A stretch of DNA of 60,000 bases from Laetmonice hystrix (taxonomy: Eukaryota). The stretch lies in assembly GCA_965235115.1 (NCBI GenBank), contig OZ249436.1, forward strand, positions 43,774,001 to 43,834,000, read 5' to 3'. The position numbers and the translations under genes were made by a program. The notes under the pieces are model-generated. The model was not told the DNA's origin. It worked only from the letters and a program-made list of their open reading frames with translations, and searched no databases. Position 1 is the stretch's first letter, and each line of letters starts with the position of its first letter. Shown one piece after another: positions 50,574 to 60,000 of this stretch.

Positions 50574-52038
50574 GAAAACACTGATGTATATGGCGTGTCG
50601 CGTTGGCACGACGTCATATTCAGAAGTTATGAACGACCTGGAACGCTGGTATGTTAATAAAGGGTCAGGTGCGTTCACTTGGCGTCGCTGGGGGTCAGAA
50701 GGTGGGGGTGATTACATGGGGTGAAGATGGGGTGAAACTGTTACAAGGCCCGGGTCAGTCCGTACCCTGGATAACCCATTGACTGAGAGCCTTTCAAGGT
50801 ATACTAGGAATTCAAATATTCTGAAAGTCTTAGGTCAACACGACCGAGGTCGGAGAGGGGAGGCCTTTGTCATGTTGCCTTGATACGATTAACGCGTTCC
50901 CTTCTTGAATTAATTTAAAGGATGGGCCTTTTTTTAAAAATCAGTGATGGATATTAAGCAAATATTGTGGAATGCGTTCCAGTGAAAAAGGATAAGGTAG
51001 ATGAAACTGACCAATTGCTAACATTTTTTCTGAATACTTCCGACATGTCCATTGCCTCCGTATCCTTCATTGCCGAGAGTAGAACTCTATGAATCATGGG
51101 GTGTTGTTACAGCCTGTGTTGTTATTAATAAAGCACAGACTAGAGGCCTATCAGTTGTTTTGTGTGCCTGGAGCTATCTAACATTGGTCGGTCAGGGAAG
51201 GAAAGAGATTCTGTATGTTGTGGTACAGATCCTGACATTGACAAATTGTGCACGGGAAACATCAAAATGGGAAAAATAATGATGTATGAGACCCAAACAA
51301 TATTTGCGGAGACCTAAACTTTAGAAATATTTATTTCACGGTTTCGTAGTTGGGTGGCAACAGAAGGATGGCATACACGTGCCATTTTATTTATAAAAGA
51401 TTATTATTGTATTGAGTGAACAGTGAAACCAATGTCCACAACAATAATGATGACAGCGTTTAACCGGCGCCAGGAGAGAACCATAGTTTATCAGATATTA
51501 CGGCACCTTGGCCTCACATGATAATATAAATAGACGAACGAGCAGCACGTGTTCCTCCACGCATGCGCACGTGTCTACATTCCAGTCATTCCAATAAGAA
51601 TTGCTATCTGGTCGGAGGAGGACCAACAAATCATGTTTTTGTTTTACTATATTGCTATCTGGTCAGAGGAGGACCAACAAATCATGGTTTTTTTTACAAT
51701 GATAACTCAGTGCGGTTGATGTCATAGAAGAAGATCATTGCCTTGATAGCAAGGACCATGTCTATCACAGATTTATCTTTATTTATTACCTGTCTCAGAC
51801 CATGAAGACAAGTTGGACGGTTTCAACATGTTTATAATTATAACAAATGTTTGAGAGCGCATTGCCTATTATGGCTTGAATTACCGGTCAATTATTCGAT
51901 CATTTTGATTGCCGTTAATGAATTAGTAACTGCTAATTAGAAGCAAGGTTTTAGAAAATTATTTATTTGAACTGAGATGTTGAATATTATTTTCACTGAG
52001 TTTACTGAAAAGGACAGTTTAGATAACGATTGGTTTGT

Positions 52039-52052
52039 GTTGCCATGGTTAC
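52039..52052. promoter_or_regulatory. RFX X-box motif
   Basis: GTTGCCATGGTTAC (reverse complement GTAACCATGGCAAC). Confidence 0.4.
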
Positions 52053-52868
52053 CATGCTCTCCGAACCTCGGACTGCCCAGGTAAATATAGAGTGAACTCC
52101 TCCGTGCAACATCTTTGAACGAATCAAGGTTGGCAGGACCTCAGGTTCATGAGATATTATGTGTGCCATGTGTTACTTGACATGTGTCACACAGACATAA
52201 TTATGTGACTGATGCCACTCCGACAGACCTGTCAACTCACAAATGTCGGCAAATATTCATTGACTTTGGGATCACGGAACCCAAGGTCACGCGAATATTA
52301 TTTGATTTTTTTATTCTTTAACATATGATGTAAATTTGTATAAGAATTATCAATCTAACATTTGTGGAGAGAGATTATTTTAAAGGTAGGCCCTACCTGT
52401 AAACAACGCGTACATCACTGTTGATACCATGACACCAATTATTAATAGGCGTACATAAAAAGATTGTGGTATTATTTGTGAAAAAGCCACACCTTGACCA
52501 CGTTACGTAGAATCAATTATTGGTAAGATTAGCGTGAACCAAGCTGGGGGTAGCGGAACTGCTCTCAAGTGTAGAGTAGGTGAGTTGGTCATCTCAGGCT
52601 CACGGCTCGGACACGCCCGGGTTGTCTTGGTGATGGAGGGCCTGGGAGAGACCCCCACCCACACCCCCACCCCGACCCCCCACCCCCACCCGACTGCACG
52701 TCCCAACGCCCCCGGTCCCCAGTCGATTATCCGGTGAATATTTACTGATAATCTGCACGATTAACACACCTGGCTGTCATTGTACAGGTAACACCTAGCC
52801 ACACGATATATTACCGTCACCAGTGTCAGTCAGAGAAGTAATTTGGTTCCCTACCCCTAGGTTCCCGA

Positions 52869-52882
52869 CCGCCAGGGGGCAG
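52869..52882 (+). promoter_or_regulatory. CTCF-like motif
   Basis: CCGCCAGGGGGCAG matches the CTCF core consensus; similar motifs at 13144-13157 (+) and 58584-58597 (-). Confidence 0.45.
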
Positions 52883-53116
52883 TGCTATTGATCAATATAT
52901 GTGTGGTTGAAAAACTCGGCGAGGTTCAGGTTGATATCGAGGCGTGTTGTGGTGTTGTGTTGTGGTGTTTGTGGTGACAGTCAGATTAGATCATTAACAG
53001 TCTGATTGTTGCGCCATGATTCGATTATTTTATTACTTATACCTAATGTGCTAGGAAACGTTTAAAAAGTGGAGTTTACTGTGGTCACTGGTGTCGCTCC
53101 ATGTCTTGTGGATGTT

Positions 53117-53176
53117 TAGCCTGGTCCCCTGTGCCTACCATACGCATCCGCTATTTTAGAGCTGGGGACCAGGCTA
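53117..53176. mobile_element. 60-bp AcademH-like non-autonomous element
   Basis: TAGCCTGGTCCCC...GGGGACCAGGCTA TIRs; exact 9-bp TSD GTGGATGTT. Confidence 0.8.
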
Positions 53177-53443
53177 GTGGATGTTATGAGCCGATCACGT
53201 GGTCACGTGATCACGTGAGAGCTCTGCTCGCATTTTACGGTTGTTTAGATTTCATCAGATGGAGACCCAACGTGGACAGCTGGAGGTGCTTAATACATGC
53301 ATTATTGAATGACGTGTGTCATGCAATGTCCTCCAAATCTACAGACTACAATTGCAATGAACTCGTTTTGAGTCCAGGATAGATGGGACGGAAGACTGGA
53401 CCTTATCGAGTCCCTTTATACTGGTAAAAGTTCTGGAAATAAA

Positions 53444-55585
53444 AAGATTGAGACTGAGCTCCGAGATACGGCTGACATTGACAAGATTGAGACTGAGCTC
53501 CGAGATACGCTGACATTGACAAGATTGAGACTGAGCTCCGAGATACGCTGACATTGACAAGATTGAGACTGAGCTCCGAGATACGCTGACATTGACAAGA
53601 TTGAGACTGAGCTCCGAGATACGGCTGACATTGACAAGATTGAGACTGAGCTCCGAGATACGCTGACATTGACAAGATTGAGACTGAGCTCTGAGATACG
53701 GCTAACATTGACAAGATTGAGACAGAGCTCCGAGATACGCTAACATTGACAAGATTGAGACTGAGCTCCGAGATACGCTGACATTGACAAGATTGAGACT
53801 GAGCTCCGAGATACGCTGACATTGACAAGATTGAGACTGAGCTCTGAGATACGCTGACACTGACAAGATTGAGACTGAGCTCCGAGATACGGCTAACATT
53901 GACAAGATTGAGACTGAGCTCCGACATACGGCTAACATTGACAAGATTGAGACTGAGCTCCGAGATACGCTGACATTGATAAGATTGAGACTGAGCTCCG
54001 AGATACGCTGACATTGATAAGATTGAGACTGTTTTCAGGGATACGCTAACATTGACAAGATTGAGACTGAGCTCCGAGATACGCTGACATTGACAAGATT
54101 GAGACTGAGCTCCGAGATACGCTAACATTGACAGGATTGAGACTGAGCTCCGAGATACGCTGACATTGACAAGATTGAGACTGAGCTCTGAGATACACTG
54201 ACATTGACAAGATTGAGACTGAGCTCTGAGATACGCTGACATTGACAAGATTGAGACTGAGCTCTGAGATACGCTGACATTGACAAGATTGAGACTGAGC
54301 TCCGAGATACGCTGACATTGACAAGATTGAGACTGAGCTCCGAGATACGCTGACATTGACAACATTGAGACTGAGCTCTGAGATACGCTGATATTGACAA
54401 GATTGAGACTGAGCTCCGAGATACGCTGACATTGACAAGATTGAGACTGAGCTCCGAGATACGGCTAACATTGACAAGATTGAGACTGAGCTCCGAGATA
54501 CGCTGACATTGACAAGATTGAGACTGAGCTCCGAGATACGCTGACATTGACAAGATTGAGACAGCTCCGAGATACGGCTAACATTGACAAGATTGAGACT
54601 GAGCTCCGAGATACGCTGACATTGACAAGATTGAGACTGAGCTCCGAGATACGGCTGACATTGACAAGATTGAGACTGAGCTCCGAGATACGGCTGACAT
54701 TGACAACATTGAGACTGAGCTCTGAGATACGCTAACATTGACAAGATTGAGACTGAGCTCTGAGATACGCTGACATTGACAAGATTGAGACTGAGCTCCG
54801 AGATACGCTGACATTGACAAGATTGAGACTGAGCTCTGAGATACGCTGACATTGACAAGGTTGAGACTGAGCTCCGAGATACGCTGACATTGACAAGATT
54901 GAGACTGAGCTCTGAGATACGCTGACATTGACAAGATTGAGACTGAGCTCCGAGATACGGCTGACATTGACAAGGTTGAGACTGAGCTCCGAGATGCAGC
55001 TGACATTGACAAGATTGAGACTGAGCTCCGAGATACGGCTGACATTGACAAGATTGAGACTGAGCTCTGAGATACGCTAACATTGACAGGATTGAGACTG
55101 AGCTCCGAGATACACTAACATTGACAAGATTGAGACTGAGCTCCGAGATACGCTGAAATTGACAAGATTGAGACTGAGCTCCGAGATACGCTAACATTGA
55201 CAAGATTGAGACTGAGCTCCGACATACGGCTGACATTGACAAGTTTGAGACTGAGCTCTGAGATACGCTAACATTGACAAGATTGAGACTGAGCTCTGAG
55301 ATACGGCTAACATTGACAAGATTGAGACTGAGCTCTGAGATACGCTAACATTGACAAGAGTGAGACTGAGCTCTGAGATACGCTAACATTGACAACATTG
55401 AGACTGAGCTCTGAGATACGCTAACATTGACAACATTGAGACTGAGCTCCGAGATACGCTGACATTGACAAGATTGAGACTGAGCTCCGAGATACGCTGA
55501 CATTGACAAGATTGAGACTGAGCTCCGAGATACGCTGACATTGACAAGATTGAGACTGAGCTCCGAGATACGGCTGACACTGACA
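53444..55585. repeat. Minisatellite, 38/39-bp unit, ~56 copies
   Basis: AAGATTGAGACTGAGCTCCGAGATAC(G)GCTGACATTGAC. Confidence 0.97.
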
Positions 55586-55933
55586 GACTGCTCGGGAGCA
55601 CGTGGGCCGGTATTGATGATTTGTGGCGAGCAGGAGAGTTTGTCATCAATGATTGAGAGAACATACTGCCTCCGTACTTATCGCGAGAGAAAGTACCAGC
55701 TGCAAAAATCTCACGGAGAATATGCAGAATTATGTGTACTCCAATTCAATCCATAAAGTTATGATTGCGTAATCTGGGGATTAAAAAGCAAATTGAATTC
55801 AGTTCTGTTGGAACAGAGGCATTCTTCCAACATGAGTTAAAATGATGGTACAAAACTAATTTAAGGGCAACTTGTGAATCCTATCACAATATTATTGCCT
55901 GATTCTCTCAGGATATTTCGATACTCGTTGTGT

Positions 55934-56294
55934 GTAAAGACCTCATTTCACTAAAGGTCACAGAATCTCGTACAAGGTAGCTGCTGATAGCCCGTAAAGA
56001 CCTCATTTCACTAAAGGTCACAGAATCTCGTACAAGGTAGCTGCTGATAGCCCGTAAAGACCTCATGTCACTAAAGGTCACAGAATCTCGTACAAGGTAG
56101 CTGCTGATAGCCCGTAAAGACCTCATGTCACTAAAGGTCACAGAATCTCGTACAAGGTAGCTGCTGATAGCCCGTAAAGACCTCATTTCACTAAAGGTCA
56201 CAGAATCTCGTACAAGGTAGCTGCTGATAGCCCGTAAAGACCTCATGTCACTAAAGGTCACAGAATCTCGTACAAGGTAGCTGCTCATAGCCCG
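55934..56294. repeat. Minisatellite, 60-bp unit, 6 copies
   Basis: GTAAAGACCTCATTTCACTAAAGGTCACAGAATCTCGTACAAGGTAGCTGCTGATAGCCC. Confidence 0.95.
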
Positions 56295-56319
56295 GTGTTA
56301 TTTTCTTCAACTGAACCCC

Positions 56320-56583
56320 GTACGGACGCTCAAAACTCCAGATTTTTTACCCCCCCCCCTCCCCTTGCACGCCTCGTGCACGCCTAGCAGTAAACCCCCT
56401 CTCCCCTGTACGTTTGTATATACTCATAAAGTGAGCACATTATTTCAATGCACACAATAGTTTATTTAAATATATTTTATTTCTTTTTTTTTGCGTACGT
56501 ACGATTACCCAAGACCCCCTCCCTCTGTAGCTTCCTGTACGTTTGGTCCCCCCCCCCCACCCCGTACTTTATGGATGACCCCC
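56320..56583. mobile_element. Probable truncated PIF/Harbinger-type MITE
   Basis: Right end TTTATGGATGACCCC with poly-C and CGTAC repeats, as in GGGGTCATCCATAAA-type MITEs; no left TIR seen. Confidence 0.4.
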
Positions 56584-56654
56584 AATCTTTATTGGCACGA
56601 AATGGTTTTGATTAAGCATGACTTGATTGACTTCCTTGGTGTTTATGTTTTCAG

Positions 56655-58133
56655 AACTCGGAGACCAGGGACTCCGAGACGGGACTAACCACTCGTGAGC
56701 GTCCCACCTCCTGGCCACAGCCAATTCTAGTCGAGGGTGGTTTCGTAAACCCCGGAGCTGATGACAACTTGGATAAAGACGGGGAGTTACCAGACCCCGA
56801 TCCTCACACCCCTCACCGGGCCAGACCAGCACCCAGGTTACCGAACAAAGAGTTCAATGCCAGTTATTCCAGTCAGACAAGCTCCGCCATCCTGCCCAGT
56901 CCGCCACAGTCTGAGTCTGGCTATCATTTCTGGGAGCAGAACGGTTTCTACGCCACGCAAGGCGATACCACAGCGCCCTCTGTCGACATACAGAGCAGCG
57001 CCAGGACCGTTCATCGCAAGAGTCGAAGTCGGGAGTCGTTGTCAAGTGACGTCACATCGGCGTCTAGTAAATCAAAACGCAAACGACGGAACCGGTTAGT
57101 GGACATTGACGAGATACACATAGAGTTTGACCCGCAAAAGGAATTCCTCTGGGAAATGAGGAAAAAGTATGAACGGAGGAAAAAACAGCAATCGACGGAA
57201 CACCTTAGTAAAGATCTTCCTAATAAAACAGAGGAAAAGACGTCATCGACGTCGTCAGCGTCTGAACGTCAGTCATCAGTGGAGTCTTCCAGCCTAATTA
57301 ACGACTCGCCTAGAACTAGTATTCGTGGTGGGGAGGACAATGTAACTACAATCATCGTGTCAAACGATAACATCAGTGTCAACTCAATCCCTACTGACAT
57401 GCCAAATGATGTTGAATCAGTTACCAACATAAACAGTGATCTACCCCAAACTGAATCAGATCCTCCTGTGATGTGTTCTGTGAGACATGGTGCTAGTAAC
57501 GGTGAGACCTCAGGGAGTAACACCAGGGCCGACCACCCAGACATTGCCGTCAGTAAACCCACAGTCGTCAGACTGGACTCCTGTCCTGATGACGTCACGT
57601 TTTGCGAGAGTCAGATCGAGGTTCTGGTCCTCCATCGTTTACCGGGGGAGAAACTCGGCATGGGGTTGAGTATAGAAAGTGTGGGTGGAGACAATGACCC
57701 TGTGAAAGGGGTGTTTATTGAGACTATTACACCAGGGGGCGCTGCGGACAGGGCCACCGGTGGCTCCCAGGGACTCTGTGTTAACGACGAGATTCTCGAG
57801 GTCAATGGAACGCCACTGACAGAGGTCACGTACTCAGAAACCGTGACTTTCTTTCGTGAAATGCCTCTGAGAGTAATCTTCATGGTGCGGAGGACAAACG
57901 ATCTGGACGCCGACTCTAATCACGTTCTCAGCCATGCAGAGGCGACATCTGGTGTTAGTGGAAGTTCTTACTCAACCAATGGGAGAGAGGATGACGTATG
58001 TCTGGATGACGACTTCCAGGATGGTATCCCAGACGGATTTTCATTGGTTAAAGTACGACTAAAAAAGGAAGTCGATGAGAGCCTCGGGTTGAGCATTGTA
58101 CCTAGTTATGGGTCGACCTCCCAGTATTATCAG
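56655..58133 (+). CDS. Large internal coding exon of a multi-PDZ scaffold protein (PDZD2/pro-IL16/big-bang-like)
   Basis: Acceptor GTTTATGTTTTCAG|56655 and donor CAG|GTAAGT at 58134; 1479 nt = 493 open codons (NSETRDSETG...SQYYQ). Full PDZ at ~57612-57893 (LHRLPGEKLGMGLSI...VFIETITPGGAA...LCVNDEILEVNG); second PDZ starts at ~58039 (VRLKKEVDESLGLSIV) and is cut by the intron. Confidence 0.92.
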
Positions 58134-58413
58134 GTAAGTTTATATGCTACCTTTTATTTTAAAGTTTGTTTTGAAAAAAGCGGTATGAGAAAATTAAGAA
58201 TTGCATCTCAGTGAAAAGGAAAGACTTTTTAAGTAAGAATTCAAGCTTTTGAACTTGAACTACTGTGTTTGTGTACTAGACACTGAGCAGGTGTATGATG
58301 GAGAAAATAATTTCTAAGTTAGATATTGAACAGATCACTCTCGTGTAGTCCTGTGTTACGGTGTTGTCATTGAAAGGATTTGACACAAATAGACCTATGT
58401 GTTCCAATAGACA

Positions 58414-58479
58414 TAGCCTGGGCCCCTGCCGAACAGACGCGTCCGCTATGTAGTCAGTATAGGGCTGGGGACCAGGCTA
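58414..58479. mobile_element. 66-bp AcademH-like non-autonomous element
   Basis: TAGCCTGGGCCCC...GGGGACCAGGCTA TIRs; exact 9-bp TSD CAATAGACA. Confidence 0.8.
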
Positions 58480-58650
58480 CAATAGACACGGACACCCTAG
58501 AAACAACCAATCAGAAGCAGCGTCGGTCGTTCCGAGTGACACGGACACTGACCCCGAAGACGTTGTTTGACTTACGTTCATGTGCTGCCATCTGGTGTGA
58601 GGGAAATACAACTCCGTATATGGTATATAGGAAAACAACCGTGACGGTTT

Positions 58651-58762
58651 CAGGGGTGGGTCAGGGGTGGGTCAGGGATGGGTCAGGGGTGGGTCTGGGG
58701 TGGGTCTGGGGTGGGCCAGGGGTGGGCCAGGGGTGGGTCAGGGGTGGGTCAGGGGTGGGTCG
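58651..58762 (+). repeat. G-rich 11-bp tandem repeat (potential G-quadruplex)
   Basis: CAGGGGTGGGT x ~10. Confidence 0.8.
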
Positions 58763-59429
58763 GACGAATGGAGAACTACTCACAACGCTATGTAAGCATC
58801 CCTCACAAACATAATCATACACTCCCAGGAATATGTACGTCCCAGACAGTCAACACGCCATTTTCCTGTATTGGACTAAAAGGGTCAAATAGTCTGACCG
58901 ACTTTATGATATGGCTAGCCGACCGGAACAGGACAATAGAGGGTCTTATTTTTAATACCATAATAAAATATGAAAGATGTTCTATTTATATTATTTTTTT
59001 CGTTTCCTTTTGAAGATTATATTCATGGGACATTAGGTTTTCAGAGGATGTATACTGGTATTGGCTTTAGGCGGCCGGGGGTCCCCCAAATGAACGAAAA
59101 TAGCAGCCGCGGAAGTATATAGAAATGACTTGACTGCCCCTAGATTTACACTTTATGTGCTTGAACCTATATGAAGTATGATCATAACCTGGCTTGCTCA
59201 TTCTTTTATGAAAGGCTAGAGTAATAACCCCCAATTAAAGCCGTCGGAAAACTGAGCATACCAAGTCTTTTCAGAGAGAGAAATGCACACCGGTGAGTCA
59301 CAATATGGTTGTGTCTGACACCAAAAAGGTTGTCACCCCAACCAGAAATAATGTTCCCAAGGCACGCCCCAGTTGGCGTGGTATGTGGTGGAGGGGGGCA
59401 CTAATCGGTATCCAGTGTTTATAACGTCT

Positions 59430-59560
59430 GACTGACGGACGCGGTGCTCTCCCCGGCCGACCAATCACCAGCCGCCGGCGGCGTCACGTGACCCGGCCGC
59501 ACGTAAAGACCCGGATGAAACGGCAGGCAAGCGCGGCTGGGGAAAATGAGGTTTTGTCAG
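59430..59560. promoter_or_regulatory. CpG-rich promoter-like patch
   Basis: CCAAT at 59461-59465 and palindromic GTCACGTGAC at 59483-59492 within GC/CpG-rich sequence. Confidence 0.4.
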
Positions 59561-60000
59561 AGTGCTCTGGTCGGGCTTTAGGTGACGATGGTTAAACTGC
59601 GGCCAGTTAGTCAGGGTATATATGTCGTTTAAAAATTGTCAAAACACATTTGACCCTCTCGTTCCTTTTACACCTAAAAGTGCCCGCAGACTTTCAAGTA
59701 TATGTGTAGGCCTTATTGTTATGCTTTTGGTGTTTGCATTCGTAATCTTCCAATCGATGCACCAGCGCGTAAAACTTCGACCCCCTGTTAAAACTACGGT
59801 TATATGATGTCTGTATGATTCGTAGGGACAGCTTGAACCCGCCATGGACACTCAAGAAGGTAAACAGTGAAGTGATCCTTCAGCTTTTAATGACAAGGTA
59901 GAGTGTAATGTTTGAACCGTGACTACAGTCAAGGTTGTTAGTGTAATTCCCACCACCCCCTATCATAGGGTCTTCACACAAGGCTTCTAGGACCCTGTAC

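Noticed and set aside
3889..55242. Long repetitive ORFs (e.g. 618 aa at 16237, 600-800 aa at 20.5-22.9 kb and 26.8-29.2 kb, 471 aa at 9878, 398 aa at 54046)
   Set aside because: All coincide with minisatellites. They are often open in several frames and both strands, several carry frameshifting unit variants, and none has a recognisable domain or credible splice boundaries
88..56294. CRISPR-like appearance of the many 24-60-bp repeat arrays
   Set aside because: Units are head-to-tail with no unique spacers, there are no cas genes, and the context is eukaryotic
58134..58214. C-terminal tail VSLYATFYFK...IASQ of the 481-aa ORF
   Set aside because: Read-through into the intron after the consensus donor CAG|GTAAGT; the second PDZ must continue in a downstream exon, which I could not find in this window

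Overview
Eukaryotic DNA from an invertebrate animal. The SINE and MITE types fit a mollusc or other marine invertebrate, but I cannot name the species from sequence alone. It is not prokaryotic and has no CRISPR, operon or rRNA. The only clearly protein-coding feature is one large + strand exon (56655-58133, 493 codons, phase 0 at both ends). It encodes a disordered Ser-rich region, one complete PDZ domain and the start of a second, resembling PDZD2/pro-IL16/big-bang-type multi-PDZ scaffolds. The rest is probably 5' intron or upstream DNA of that gene. It holds more than 20 unrelated minisatellite arrays (units of about 11-103 bp), which produce almost all the long ORFs in the track, and a recent ~6.33 kb head-to-tail duplication (20561-26853 / 26854-33186). 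It also holds small non-autonomous DNA transposons with readable TIRs and target-site duplications: MULE-like (9-10 bp TSD), PIF/Harbinger-like (TTA) nested in a 6-bp-TSD fold-back element, hAT-like (5 bp), Kolobok-like (TTAA) and two 60-66 bp AcademH-like elements (9 bp). tRNA-derived SINE remnants are present too. Several short ATG-containing phase-0 candidate first exons, RFX X-boxes and CTCF-like sites suggest a gene with multiple promoters and N-termini; this is inference and needs RNA data. I found no convincing novel protein-coding system.
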